Origin: Limisphaerales bacterium | Lineage (GTDB): Bacteria; Verrucomicrobiota; Verrucomicrobiia; Limisphaerales; JAYTXL01 | DNA: 64,000 nucleotides | Direction of reading: 5' to 3' | NCBI GenBank assembly: GCA_046593035.1 | Contig: JBKJSC010000097.1 | Coordinates: forward strand, 44,013 to 108,012 | Part shown: in pieces, positions 1-9,653 of the stretch | Numbering within the stretch: the stretch's first letter is position 1 | How the letters are laid out: the number at the start of each line of letters is the position of its first letter | The notes under the pieces: generated by a model | Seen by the model: only the letters and a program-made list of their open reading frames with translations | The model's database searches: none | Told to the model about the DNA's origin: nothing | Position numbers and translations under genes: made by a program

Positions 1-865
1 CGTCCGGATCGGTCGGTGCCAGTTCGTCACCCGCGAGCATTTCCCGGATCATCTGGTCGTAACCCTTGTCCTGATTGAGGGACTCAATAATCCAGTCGCG
101 CCAATGCCAGATATGTTTCTGGCTGTTCCGTAGCTGGGCATCGAGACCATACCAATCGCTGTAGCGCCAGAGATCCATGAAATGCCGGCCCCAGCGCTCG
201 CCGTAATGCGGGCTTTTCAGCAGCCGTTCGACGACCAGTTCATAGGCGTCCGGGGCCAAGTCGGCGAGAAACGCCTGCGTCTCCTGGCGCGTCGGGGGCA
301 GGCCGGTCAGATCAAGGTAAACCCGGCGCAACAGCAGGGATTTTTCCACCGTGGACTGCGGTTTGAGGCCGCGCTTTTCCTGTTCCGTCAGCAGAAATAA
401 ATCCACCGGATTGCGCGCCCATTTTTTATTTTTCACTTTCGGAACGGGCGGGCGGACCGGCGGTTGAAAAGCCCAGTGCCGGCTGGGATCCTGATCCGCT
501 TGTTCATTGGCTGCGCCCTTGGCACCCGTGTCGATCCATCGCTTGAGCGCATCGATTTGCGACGCAGAAAGCGGTTCGCCTTCCTGCGGCATCCGTTCAT
601 CCGTGTCATGCGTGGTGACGCGCACGACAAGCAGGCTTTTATCCGGTTTTCCCGGCAGGACGGCGGGGCCGTGTTTGCCGCCTTTGCGAATCGCATCTGC
701 GGTGTCGAGACGCAGACCGGCCTTTTGTTTCAGCGCGCCGTGGCAGGCGTAGCAACGCGCCGCGAGCACCGGCTTGATCTCCTTGAGATAATTCACCGGC
801 TCGGCGGCGAAAACTCCGCCAGCGAGACTCAACCCAAGCACCACGTTGCTGCTGATCCGTTTCAT
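1..865 (-). CDS. PSCyt1 (planctomycete cytochrome c) + DUF1549/PSCyt2 family protein, N-terminal part; gene continues beyond left edge
   Basis: Absent from the ORF track because it is open at the window edge. My reverse-strand translation from the ATG at 865 gives MKRISSNVVLGLSLAGGVFAAEPVNYLKEIKPVLAARCYACHG (CxxCH) ...[19 protein letters not shown]...WHWRDWIIESLNQDKGYDQMIREMLAGDE. This is the same architecture as the 1063-aa protein at 15998-19189. Confidence 0.85.
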   Translation of the reverse strand, partial: MKRISSNVVLGLSLAGGVFAAEPVNYLKEIKPVLAARCYACHGALKQKAGLRLDTADAIRKGGKHGPAVLPGKPDKSLLVVRVTTHDTDERMPQEGEPLSASQIDALKRWIDTGAKGAANEQADQDPSRHWAFQPPVRPPVPKVKNKKWARNPVDLFLLTEQEKRGLKPQSTVEKSLLLRRVYLDLTGLPPTRQETQAFLADLAPDAYELVVERLLKSPHYGERWGRHFMDLWRYSDWYGLDAQLRNSQKHIWHWRDWIIESLNQDKGYDQMIREMLAGDELAPTDPD

Positions 866-1040
866 CAACACATTTCCACCACCACTCGTCTGAAAAATGC
901 CAGGCTTCAAACTTGGACTGGGATGGTTGTGTTTCCATTCAACCCCGAAGGCCGGTGGATTTCCAGCAGTATTCGGGACCCTGATAAAAACTTAAATTTA
1001 CTCTCCATTGCGGCGTCAATAGCTGCTTAAATTGAAGTGC

Positions 1041-2189
1041 ATGGAATATCTTAGGTTGCTTGAACGCCCGGCGACGCGGTTGGCCATGGTCTTGGCCGCG
1101 CTCGCGCTGCTGCCTCTTGCCTGCCAGAAACCGGCGGCGGAGGCGAATAAAACCAGCCTGAACCTGGCCGTGCCCATCACCGTGGCTGCGGTGGAAACCG
1201 TGGTGGCGGACCGCACCATTCCCATCGTGGGCACGTTGTTTCCAAAAGACGAGGCGACCGTCTGCGCCGAAGTCGAAGGCCGGGTGGAAAAGACGACCGT
1301 GGAGTTCGGCGACCGCATCAAGACCGGCCAGGAACTTGGGCAGATTGACACCGCGTCGTACGAAGCGTACGCGCGCAAGGCCAGGGCTGAGGTGGCGCGG
1401 GCCAAGGCCACAGTGGCCAATGCGGAGCAAAATCTACGGCGCATCCAGGAGCTGCGAAAAAACAACATCGCGTCCTCCAGTGACCTGGACAAAGCCACGG
1501 CCGAGGCGGATCAGGCCCGCGCCGAAATCAAGGCGGCGGAAGCGGCGCAGGCGATCGCGGATTTGAACGTCACCCGTTCCCGGGTTCAAGCGCCTTTCGA
1601 TTCGGCCATCTCGGAACGACTGGTGGGTGCGGGGGATTTCGTACATGTGGGCACGCCGCTGTTCCGCATCGTCAACGACCGGCTCATCAAATTCATCACC
1701 TCCGTACCGGAGCGCTTCGCTGGCGAGGTGCAGAAGGAGCAGCTCGCACAGTTCAACGTGGACGCCTATCCCGGCCAGACCTTTGAAGGTCGCGTGCTGT
1801 TGATCAGTCCCGCCGTCACCACGCGCACGCGGGCTTTTTCGTTCGGCGTGCTGGTGCATAACGAAGACCTGAAGCTCAAGGCGAACTCGTTTGCCCGCGG
1901 CGAACTGGTCGTGGAACGCAACGTGCCGGTGCTGGTCGTGCCGCTCGACGCCGTGCAAAATTTCTCCGGCATCAACAGGGTGTTTGTCGTCGAGAACGGC
2001 ATTACCCGGGTGCGCGAAGTTCAAGTGGGCAAAATCAAGGACGGCAAGCAGCAGATCCTCGCTGGCTTGAAGGCGGGTGAAACGGTCGTCCTCAGCGGCC
2101 AGAGCAAATTGCGCGACGGCACGAAAGTGATCGTGAAGCCGGAAACCGCCCTCGGTGCGACACGTTCGACGCCCGCCAAACAGCCGTAG
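1041..2189 (+). CDS. RND efflux periplasmic adaptor (membrane fusion protein, HlyD family), lipoprotein
   Basis: Track ORF 1032-2189 starts at TTG; the ATG at 1041 gives MEYLRLL...LLPLAC lipobox. Coiled-coil hairpin region (ARAEVARAKATVANAEQNLRRIQEL...) and beta-barrel C-terminus are typical of MFPs. It lies directly upstream of the RND permease. Confidence 0.85.
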   Translation: MEYLRLLERPATRLAMVLAALALLPLACQKPAAEANKTSLNLAVPITVAAVETVVADRTIPIVGTLFPKDEATVCAEVEGRVEKTTVEFGDRIKTGQELGQIDTASYEAYARKARAEVARAKATVANAEQNLRRIQELRKNNIASSSDLDKATAEADQARAEIKAAEAAQAIADLNVTRSRVQAPFDSAISERLVGAGDFVHVGTPLFRIVNDRLIKFITSVPERFAGEVQKEQLAQFNVDAYPGQTFEGRVLLISPAVTTRTRAFSFGVLVHNEDLKLKANSFARGELVVERNVPVLVVPLDAVQNFSGINRVFVVENGITRVREVQVGKIKDGKQQILAGLKAGETVVLSGQSKLRDGTKVIVKPETALGATRSTPAKQP

Positions 2190-2287
2190 AAAATGACCTC
2201 ACAGAAATCCACTATGCCGAAAGCGGTTTCCCGTTCGGACGACGAAGGTGTTCGCACTTCGGCATTCGTCATTGATGATCCGGCTGC

Positions 2288-5200
2288 ATGATGTCCGATT
2301 CCGCCCCCAATCCTGCGCCCGGCACGCCGCCCATTCGAGGCGTTGGCCTGGCCGACTTGTGCATTCGCCGCCCGGTCTTCGCCACGATGATGAACCTGCT
2401 CCTGGTCGTGCTGGGCCTGGTTTCCTTTTTCAGCATCGGCATTGACCAGTTTCCGAACGTCGAACTGCCCATCGTCACGGTCACGACCACACTGCGCGGG
2501 GCGTCGCCGGAGGAAATGGAAACCGGCGTCACCAAACCGCTGGAGGAAATCATCAACACCGTGCAGGGCATTGATGAATTGACCAGCGTCACGCGCGAAG
2601 GCGTTTCGAGCATCACCATCCAGTTCCTCTACGAACGCAACCGCGACAGCGCCGCGCAGGACGTGCGGGACAAGGTCAACACCATCCTCTCGCGCCTGCC
2701 GCCCGGCACGGAGCCGCCGATCATCGACAAGTTCGATGTGGACGCCACGCCGGTGATCGCCATCAGTGTCAGCGCGCCGCGGGATTTGCGCGAAGTGACT
2801 TATCTCACGGACAAGGTCATCAAGCAGAATCTGGAAACGGTGCTCGACGTCGGCTCGGTGAACCTGGCCGGTGGCCGCACGCGCGCGGTGCAAGTGACCG
2901 TGGACATTGACGAGTTACGCGCTCGGAACCTCACCATCGAGGACGTGCGCGCGGCGCTGCAAGCGCAGAACATCGAGGTGCCCGGCGGCCGGTTGGAGCA
3001 AGGCTCGCGCGAGTTGATCGTGCGCACGCTGGGCCGCATGGTTTCGGTGGTGGAGTTTGAAAACATCATCGTGGGCAGCTTCAACGGCCAAAACATCCAT
3101 TTGAAGGAGACCGCCGCGGTCACTGATTCGGTGGAGGAGCCGCGCTCCCTGTCGCGCCTGAACGGCAACAATTCCGTCACGCTGGTCGTGCGCAAACAGT
3201 CGGGCAGCAACACGGTGAAGGTGATCGACGGGGTGAAGCATCGCTTGCAGGAGCTGGAAGCGGTCGTGCCGGCTCATTTCAAAATGGACATCATCCGTGA
3301 CCAGTCGCGTTTCATCCGCCGCTCGCTGGACGAGGTTAGTTTTCATTTGATCCTCGGCGCGATTCTCGTGGCCATCACCGTGTTCGCTTTTTTGCATGAC
3401 TGGCGCGGTACGGTCATCGCTTCGGTGGCCATCCCCGCGTCCATCATCGCCACGTTTGCGCTGATGCGGACGATGAACTACTCGCTCAACAACTTCACGA
3501 TGCTCGGTCTCGTGTTCGCGGTCGGCATTGTGATCGACGACGCCATCGTGGTACTCGAAAACATCCACCGCACGATGGAGGAAAAAGGCTTGAATGGCCG
3601 CGACGCCGCGATGCTGGGCACACGGGAAATTGCGCTGGCCGTGTTGGCCACGACGCTTTCGCTCGTCGTCATCTTCCTGCCGCTCGCCTTCATGAAGGGA
3701 CGCGTGGGCCTGTTCTTTTCCAGCTACGGCGTGACGGTGGCGTTTGCCATCATGGTGTCGCTGTTTGTTTCGTTCACGCTCACGCCGATGCTGGCGTCGC
3801 GCTTTCTGCGGCACACGGACAACGAAAAAACCCGCGAGAAAAAAGCGCACGGCGGCCCGCTGATGCAATGGCTCGCGAACCTCTACCTCGCGGCCCTGCG
3901 CTGGAGCCTGCGGCATCGTTGGGTCATCGTCACGGCGTCGCTGGCCTGCATGGCGTCGCTCTACTGGCTCGTGCCGATGACGAAGTTCAATTATTTACCG
4001 CAAGACGATTCGAGCGAGTTTGAAGTCGTGCTTCAAACGCCCGAAGGTTCCAGCCTCGAACGCACAGCGGCCTTGTGCGTGGAAATCGAGCGGGAGATGA
4101 AAACGATCCGCATTGCCGGCCAGACGGTGATTACCGACACGCTCGTCACGCTCGGCGAAACCAGCGGGCGCGTGGGCAAAGGCGAGGGCGATGTGACACT
4201 GGTGAACATTTTCTGCCGCCTGCCGGAGCTGGGCGGGCGCTGGGAAACGATGACCGGCAAGACGCGCCGTTGGACGCAGACCGAAGCGATGAATCGCGTG
4301 CGGCAAATCTTGGCGCAATTCCCCGACATCCGCGCCAGCGTGCAACGTATTTCCAACATCGGCCAGACCGGCCGCAACTCGGACTTGTCGTTCAACCTGC
4401 TCGGCCCCGATCTCGACAAGCTCACGGAGTATTCGAGCTACATCGTCGAGCAACTCCGCGAGCAACCGGGCCTGGCGGATGTCGATACGACGCTGGCCAA
4501 CCGCAAGCCGGAACTGCAAGTCCGCATCGACCGCGAGAAATCCAGCCAGTTGGGCGTGCGGGTGGTGGACGTAGCGAATACATTGCGCACGCTGGTCGGT
4601 GGGCAAATTGTTTCCAACTACAAAGAAGCCGACGACCAGTATGACGTGTGGCTGCGCGCCAACCCGCGCGATCGCAGCACCCAGGAATCACTCGACCAGA
4701 TCATGGTGCGCGCCTCGACCGTGACCAGTACCAACACCGATTCGCAATTGTTGCAGCTCGCCAACTTCGTCTCCCTCCAGGAAGCGCGTGGGCCAAACCA
4801 AATTGATCGCTTCCAACGCCAGCGCAAGGTGACGGTCGTGGCCAACACCGTCGGCCTGTCGTTGAATGACGGGATGGCGGAGGTCAACCGCATCATCGCC
4901 GGTATGAACCTGCCCGCCGATTACCGGGTCTATTTCACGGGCCGCGCCAAGACGCTGATCGAGACGGCGCAGAACTTCGGCATCGCGTTTGGTCTCGCGA
5001 TGATCTTCATGTACATGATCCTAGCGGCGCAGTTCGAGCATTTCATCCACCCGATTTCGATCATGCTGGCAGTGCCGCTGTCGCTCCCGTTTGCGCTGTT
5101 CAGCATGATCGTGCTGAACGAAACGTTTAACATCTACGCCATCTTCGGCCTGTTCATGCTCTTCGGCATTGTGAAGAAAAACGGCATTCTCCAGGTGGAT

Positions 5201-5569
5201 TACACCAACACGCTGCGCGCGCAAGGCATGGAGCGCGAAGCCGCCATCCTCCAGGCCAATCGCGTGCGGCTGCGCCCGATCCTCATGACCACGATGATGC
5301 TCGTCGTCTCCATGATCCCCATCGCCCTCGGCACCGGCCCCGGATCGGGCGGCCGCGCCTCCATGGCGAAAGTCATCATCGGCGGCCAGATGCTGTGCCT
5401 GCTCTTGACACTGCTGGTGACGCCGGTCAGCTATTCCATTTTCGATGACTGGGGGCAGGGGAAGTTTTTCAACTTCCGTCGCCGCGCGAAAAAACCGGTG
5501 GCGTCCTCTGCGCCCGACGGTTTGCTCGCACCGGAAACGAATCAACTCGGCGTGCCGCCCCAATCGTAG
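2288..5569 (+). CDS. RND efflux transporter permease (AcrB/HAE-type, 12 TM)
   Basis: 1093 aa with typical AcrB-family blocks (RRPVFATMMNLLLVVLG, GIVIDDAIVVLENI, FGIVKKNGILQVDY). No outer-membrane factor gene is adjacent. Confidence 0.95.
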   Translation: MMSDSAPNPAPGTPPIRGVGLADLCIRRPVFATMMNLLLVVLGLVSFFSIGIDQFPNVELPIVTVTTTLRGASPEEMETGVTKPLEEIINTVQGIDELTSVTREGVSSITIQFLYERNRDSAAQDVRDKVNTILSRLPPGTEPPIIDKFDVDATPVIAISVSAPRDLREVTYLTDKVIKQNLETVLDVGSVNLAGGRTRAVQVTVDIDELRARNLTIEDVRAALQAQNIEVPGGRLEQGSRELIVRTLGRMVSVVEFENIIVGSFNGQNIHLKETAAVTDSVEEPRSLSRLNGNNSVTLVVRKQSGSNTVKVIDGVKHRLQELEAVVPAHFKMDIIRDQSRFIRRSLDEVSFHLILGAILVAITVFAFLHDWRGTVIASVAIPASIIATFALMRTMNYSLNNFTMLGLVFAVGIVIDDAIVVLENIHRTMEEKGLNGRDAAMLGTREIALAVLATTLSLVVIFLPLAFMKGRVGLFFSSYGVTVAFAIMVSLFVSFTLTPMLASRFLRHTDNEKTREKKAHGGPLMQWLANLYLAALRWSLRHRWVIVTASLACMASLYWLVPMTKFNYLPQDDSSEFEVVLQTPEGSSLERTAALCVEIEREMKTIRIAGQTVITDTLVTLGETSGRVGKGEGDVTLVNIFCRLPELGGRWETMTGKTRRWTQTEAMNRVRQILAQFPDIRASVQRISNIGQTGRNSDLSFNLLGPDLDKLTEYSSYIVEQLREQPGLADVDTTLANRKPELQVRIDREKSSQLGVRVVDVANTLRTLVGGQIVSNYKEADDQYDVWLRANPRDRSTQESLDQIMVRASTVTSTNTDSQLLQLANFVSLQEARGPNQIDRFQRQRKVTVVANTVGLSLNDGMAEVNRIIAGMNLPADYRVYFTGRAKTLIETAQNFGIAFGLAMIFMYMILAAQFEHFIHPISIMLAVPLSLPFALFSMIVLNETFNIYAIFGLFMLFGIVKKNGILQVDYTNTLRAQGMEREAAILQANRVRLRPILMTTMMLVVSMIPIALGTGPGSGGRASMAKVIIGGQMLCLLLTLLVTPVSYSIFDDWGQGKFFNFRRRAKKPVASSAPDGLLAPETNQLGVPPQS

Positions 5570-5581
5570 AGCAACGAAGAC

Positions 5582-7132
5582 TTATCGGGGTTGGGCCTTG
5601 AGGACGATCTCCACCTGCAAACCGGATGGACTGCGATTCTTGGCGGTGACGGTTCCCTGACAGGCTTCCACGCACGTCTTCACGATGGCCAGTCCGAGTC
5701 CAGTGCCGCCGGTGTCGCGGCTGCGAGATTGTTCCAACCGGAAAAAAGGATCGAAGATTTGGCCCATCGTTTCCTCCGGCACGCCGGGGCCGCAGTCCGC
5801 CACCGTGAGAGTGATGCGTCCGTCCTGCGAAGTGGCGGAAACCGTGATCGGTCCTGCCTGGCCCGCGTACCGGAGGGCGTTGCGCACCAAATTAGCCAGC
5901 GCCCGCGACAACAGTTCCGGTTCGGCCTGCGCCTGCAATGCCTCGTCGATTTGGATTTCGATGCGAGTCGCATCGGCGGCTTCGCGCGCGACGACGCGAC
6001 GCGCGAGATCGGCCAGATTGACCGGCTCCAGTTTGATTTCTTTTTGCTGCAAGCCCGCCTTGGAAAAGGAGAGGAGTTCGTTCACCAGGCCGGACATGTG
6101 CTGCACCTCTTCGCGCACGTCTTCGACATAGGCTTTCTGGCTGGCGTCGGCTCGTTGTTCGAGGATGCCCAGCGCCACTTGGATGCGCGCGATGGGGGAG
6201 CAAAGTTCGTGAGCGATATCGCCGAGAAAACGTTTCTGTCCGCTGACAAATCCCGCCAGCCGCATGGCCATGCGGTTGACGGCCTGTCCGAGACGGCCCA
6301 GCTCATCCCGGCGGCCGGCTTCGACGCGCGCCTCGAAGCGGCCTTCTGAAATCTGCTCGGTGGCGTGCGTCAATTGTGACAAGGAACGCGTGATGCCGCG
6401 CACCAGCGGAACCCAAAACAACACCGAGACAAACACCACGCCCAGCCCGACGCCCACCCACGGCAGGAAATCAAAGAACAAACCGCCGCCGCGGATGGAA
6501 TTGGACACGGCGATCAAAGTCACCGGAATTGGCCGCTGCTGTTCGCGATCCAAAACCGGAACGCGGACGAACACCCAATAACGGCTTGGGCTGGACGTGT
6601 GCAGCATGAACCTGGCTCGCTGGCCGAAGCCCGGCGATCCCGGCGGCTGCGTTTGGGGCGGGCGGTTGGGGCGGGATTCCTCCGGTGGCCTGCGGCGTCC
6701 GCGTTCGTCATCGGCTTCACCGTTAGGCGGTGGCCGGCTCGAGCGGGGCTCCTGGGGTGGCCCGGGCTGGCGCTCGGGCTGCCACATCGGCCCGCGGCGT
6801 TCGCCGAACTTGGACTGGACTTCTGGAGGCAACACAATGGAATCGCCAGCCGCTTGCACACCGTCGTTGCGGAAAAGAAAAAACTGCACCTGGTACGCGC
6901 TGCTGAAACGTTCCAAGATGGCGCTCCAGCTGGCCTTCGGCGCGGCGTTTAATTCGAAGGAGATGACCTCGCTCACCGCTTGAATGCGATCCCCCGCCTG
7001 GCCCATGAGCAGCGAATCCAGACCGAGGTGAAACTGGATTTTCAGGAAGGCAAAAAAAACGACTGCCAGGAAAACCAGGTTCAGGAAGAACCAAAGCAAA
7101 ATTCGGGCGTAAAGCGGAAAACGGATTTTCAT
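5582..7132 (-). CDS. sensor histidine kinase (CpxA-like: 2 TM, HAMP, HisKA, HATPase_c) with a proline-rich periplasmic insert
   Basis: H-box FLGDIAHELCSPI, N/G boxes (LVRNALRYAG, DCGPGVP, GTGLGLAIV), and HAMP after TM2. It ends 5 nt from the response-regulator gene. Confidence 0.9.
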   Translation of the reverse strand: MKIRFPLYARILLWFFLNLVFLAVVFFAFLKIQFHLGLDSLLMGQAGDRIQAVSEVISFELNAAPKASWSAILERFSSAYQVQFFLFRNDGVQAAGDSIVLPPEVQSKFGERRGPMWQPERQPGPPQEPRSSRPPPNGEADDERGRRRPPEESRPNRPPQTQPPGSPGFGQRARFMLHTSSPSRYWVFVRVPVLDREQQRPIPVTLIAVSNSIRGGGLFFDFLPWVGVGLGVVFVSVLFWVPLVRGITRSLSQLTHATEQISEGRFEARVEAGRRDELGRLGQAVNRMAMRLAGFVSGQKRFLGDIAHELCSPIARIQVALGILEQRADASQKAYVEDVREEVQHMSGLVNELLSFSKAGLQQKEIKLEPVNLADLARRVVAREAADATRIEIQIDEALQAQAEPELLSRALANLVRNALRYAGQAGPITVSATSQDGRITLTVADCGPGVPEETMGQIFDPFFRLEQSRSRDTGGTGLGLAIVKTCVEACQGTVTAKNRSPSGLQVEIVLKAQPR

Positions 7133-7136
7133 CGGC

Positions 7137-7895
7137 TCAAGGGTAATCGTCGTCGGGATTGATCAACAGGTAGCCAGCGGCGCGCACGGTGCGAATGAAG
7201 CGTGGCGTTTTGGGATCGTCGCCCAGCTTCTTGCGCAACGCCGAGATATGCACGTCAATCGAGCGGTCGAAGACGTCGTAGTTCCGGTCACGGATTTCAT
7301 CAAGGAGTTGCTCGCGCGATTTGACGCGGCCTTTCGCGCGGGCCAGCGAGGCGAGCAAGTCAAACTCCACCGGCGTCAATACGAGCGGTTGGTCGCCAAG
7401 GATCGCCGTGTGGGCAGCAGTATTGACGCGCAAGGAACCAATGATGATTTCGGGAGCGGGCTTGTCCCCGCCGTCGGCGGCGGTGGCGGCGGCGCGGCGG
7501 ATCACAGCGCGCAGCCGGGCGAGCAGTTCGCGCGTGGAAAAAGTTTTTGGCAGATAATCATCCGCGCCAATCTCCAGGCCGACAATGCGGTCGGATTCCT
7601 CGCCCCGCGAAGTGAGCATCAGCACGGGCACGTTGGACTTGTGCCGGATTTGTTTGAGCACTTCGAAGCCGTCCATGCCCGGCATCATCACGTCGAGCAA
7701 CACGGCTTGATAACTCCCGCCCGCCAACTTTTCCAAACCTTCCGGGCCGGAGTGAACGCTCGTGACTTCGTAGCCCATCGGCTCCAGATAATCCTTGATG
7801 AGCCGGCACAACTTGCGGTCGTCATCAATCATCAGCAGCCGGGTGCAGGCGTTCGAACCGGCTGGCATTTCATTCGATTGATGGATGTTCGGCAT
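7137..7895 (-). CDS. OmpR/PhoB-family response regulator (CpxR-like)
   Basis: Receiver domain (LLMIDDD...VLLDVMMPGMDGF...LMLTSRG) plus winged-helix C-terminus (LTPVEFDLL...IRTVRAAGY). Confidence 0.9.
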   Translation of the reverse strand: MPNIHQSNEMPAGSNACTRLLMIDDDRKLCRLIKDYLEPMGYEVTSVHSGPEGLEKLAGGSYQAVLLDVMMPGMDGFEVLKQIRHKSNVPVLMLTSRGEESDRIVGLEIGADDYLPKTFSTRELLARLRAVIRRAAATAADGGDKPAPEIIIGSLRVNTAAHTAILGDQPLVLTPVEFDLLASLARAKGRVKSREQLLDEIRDRNYDVFDRSIDVHISALRKKLGDDPKTPRFIRTVRAAGYLLINPDDDYP

Positions 7896-8020
7896 GTTTG
7901 TTTCGTCGCGTCGGTCGCAGAAATTACCTTTCCCCAGCGCGAAAAGCTTTATCTTTTACACTCCCTTAACAATTTTCCCGCTGTATCCACACAAAGGCTT
8001 AACGTAGCCGGTGTTTATTT

Positions 8021-8299
8021 ATGGAAGATCAAATGCGTGATTTACCAAAAATTTACGAAGCCATGAAAACGCCGGTGCCGGAAGCCGGGGAACTCTGCGC
8101 CTTGCTCGACCATTCGTTGGTGACGGGTAGCAATGCGCGTGCTTTCATGGAGCTGTTCGCCCGTCAAGACAGCCAGTTTCAAGAATACATCGAACTCGCC
8201 CTTGCCAAAGCAGACCACTCATGCGAATCGTCGGCGCAATATTCCAAAACCGCAAACCCGGTGCCATCTCCCACGACTGTTTCAACCCTCGAACCATGA
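8021..8299 (+). CDS. hypothetical small protein (92 aa)
   Basis: ORF with a plausible helical sequence. Its TGA (8297-8299) overlaps the ATG (8296-8298) of the next gene as ATGA. I recognise no homology. Confidence 0.3.
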   Translation: MEDQMRDLPKIYEAMKTPVPEAGELCALLDHSLVTGSNARAFMELFARQDSQFQEYIELALAKADHSCESSAQYSKTANPVPSPTTVSTLEP

Positions 8300-9645
8300 A
8301 AATGCTCCCTCGCTTCGTCCGCCTCGGCTGGCTCGCCGCACTGAGCGGCCACGTCCTGCTTGCCGGTGATTGGCCGCGCTTTCGCGGCGCGGACGGATCA
8401 GGTGTCGCCGCCGACGTGACAGCGCCCGTGACGTGGAGCGACACGCAAGGTGTGAAATGGAAAACACCTTTACCCGGCCCCGGTTCGTCGAGTCCGATCA
8501 TTCGCGGCGACCGCGTGTTCGTGACGTGCTACTCGGGTTATGGGGATAGCGCCAGCGGTTCGTCCAGCCCAGAAAACCTCCAACGTCACCTGGTTTGCAT
8601 CTCGCGGAAGGATGGCAAGATTCTTTGGTCACAAGCCGTGAAGGCAACGCTGCCGGAGGATTCATATAGCGGCTTCATCGCGGAACACGGCTACGCCAGC
8701 AACACTCCGGTGATCGACGCCGAACGTGTCTATGCCTTCTTCGGCAAAACCGGTGTGGTGGCGTTCGACCACGAGGGCAAACAGCTCTGGCAAGTCAACG
8801 TGGGCAAGGATTCGAGCAATCGTCGCTGGGGTTCCGGTTCGAGCCTGATTCTTTACAAAGACTTCGTCATCGTGACCGCGGCGGAAGAAAGCCGCTCCAT
8901 TCGCGCGCTCGACAAACGTACCGGCAAGGAAGTTTGGAAAGCCGCCGCCGACACTCTGGAGTTGACGTACGGCACGCCCTCGCTCATCGAAACCGCCGGC
9001 GGCCAAGCCGAGCTGGTGATCGCCGTGCCTTCCGAGGTGTGGAGTTTGAATCCGGACACCGGCAAACTCCGCTGGTATGCGGAGACGTCGCTCACCGGCA
9101 ACGTCGGCCCAAGCGTGGTCGTGGCGGACGGAATCGTATATGCCACGGGTGGTTTTCCGGGCACGGGCAGCGTCGCGGTGCGCGCGGGCGGCAAGGGCGA
9201 TGTCACGAAGACCCATGTGGTCTGGTCCAGCAACAACGGCTCCTACATTCCTTCGCCGGTGGTGCATCAGGGACGCCTCCATTACGTAAATGACCAGGGC
9301 TTCGCCGTTTGTCTCGACGCCAAGACGGGCAGCCTAGTTTACAAGGAACGTCTGCCGGGCGCGGCGAGTGGCGGTGGTGGTTTTGGGGCGAAACCATTTT
9401 ACGCTTCCGACGTGCTCGCCAACGGAAACCTTTACGCCGTGAGCCGGCGCAACGGCACGTTCGTCATCGCCGCCACGCCGGAGTTCAAGCTCGTCGCCCA
9501 AAACAAACTCGCCGCCGATGGCAGCGACTTCAACGCGACACCCGCCCTCAGCGGCAACCAGATTTTCCTCCGCTCGAACCGTTTCCTCTACTGCATCGAA
9601 GCCGATGCGGGCGGCCGCCGCGGGCAGGAAAAAGCAGGCAACTAA
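8296..9645 (+). CDS. PQQ-like beta-propeller repeat protein (BamB/YxaL-like), secreted
   Basis: Track ORF 8221-9645; the internal ATG at 8296 gives signal peptide MKMLPRFVRLGWLAALSGHVLLAGDWPRFRG. Repeated ...G.L.A.D..TGK..W motifs are typical of PQQ_2/PQQ_3 propellers. Confidence 0.8.
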   Translation: MKMLPRFVRLGWLAALSGHVLLAGDWPRFRGADGSGVAADVTAPVTWSDTQGVKWKTPLPGPGSSSPIIRGDRVFVTCYSGYGDSASGSSSPENLQRHLVCISRKDGKILWSQAVKATLPEDSYSGFIAEHGYASNTPVIDAERVYAFFGKTGVVAFDHEGKQLWQVNVGKDSSNRRWGSGSSLILYKDFVIVTAAEESRSIRALDKRTGKEVWKAAADTLELTYGTPSLIETAGGQAELVIAVPSEVWSLNPDTGKLRWYAETSLTGNVGPSVVVADGIVYATGGFPGTGSVAVRAGGKGDVTKTHVVWSSNNGSYIPSPVVHQGRLHYVNDQGFAVCLDAKTGSLVYKERLPGAASGGGGFGAKPFYASDVLANGNLYAVSRRNGTFVIAATPEFKLVAQNKLAADGSDFNATPALSGNQIFLRSNRFLYCIEADAGGRRGQEKAGN

Positions 9646-9653
9646 AACATCCC

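Noticed and set aside
8041-8056. TTTAC-CAAAAA-TTTAC direct repeat resembling the reverse complement of the CpxR box GTAAA-N5-GTAAA
   Set aside because: The spacer is 6 nt rather than 5. This is a single occurrence, and it lies inside the candidate 92-aa ORF. That is too weak to call a binding site.
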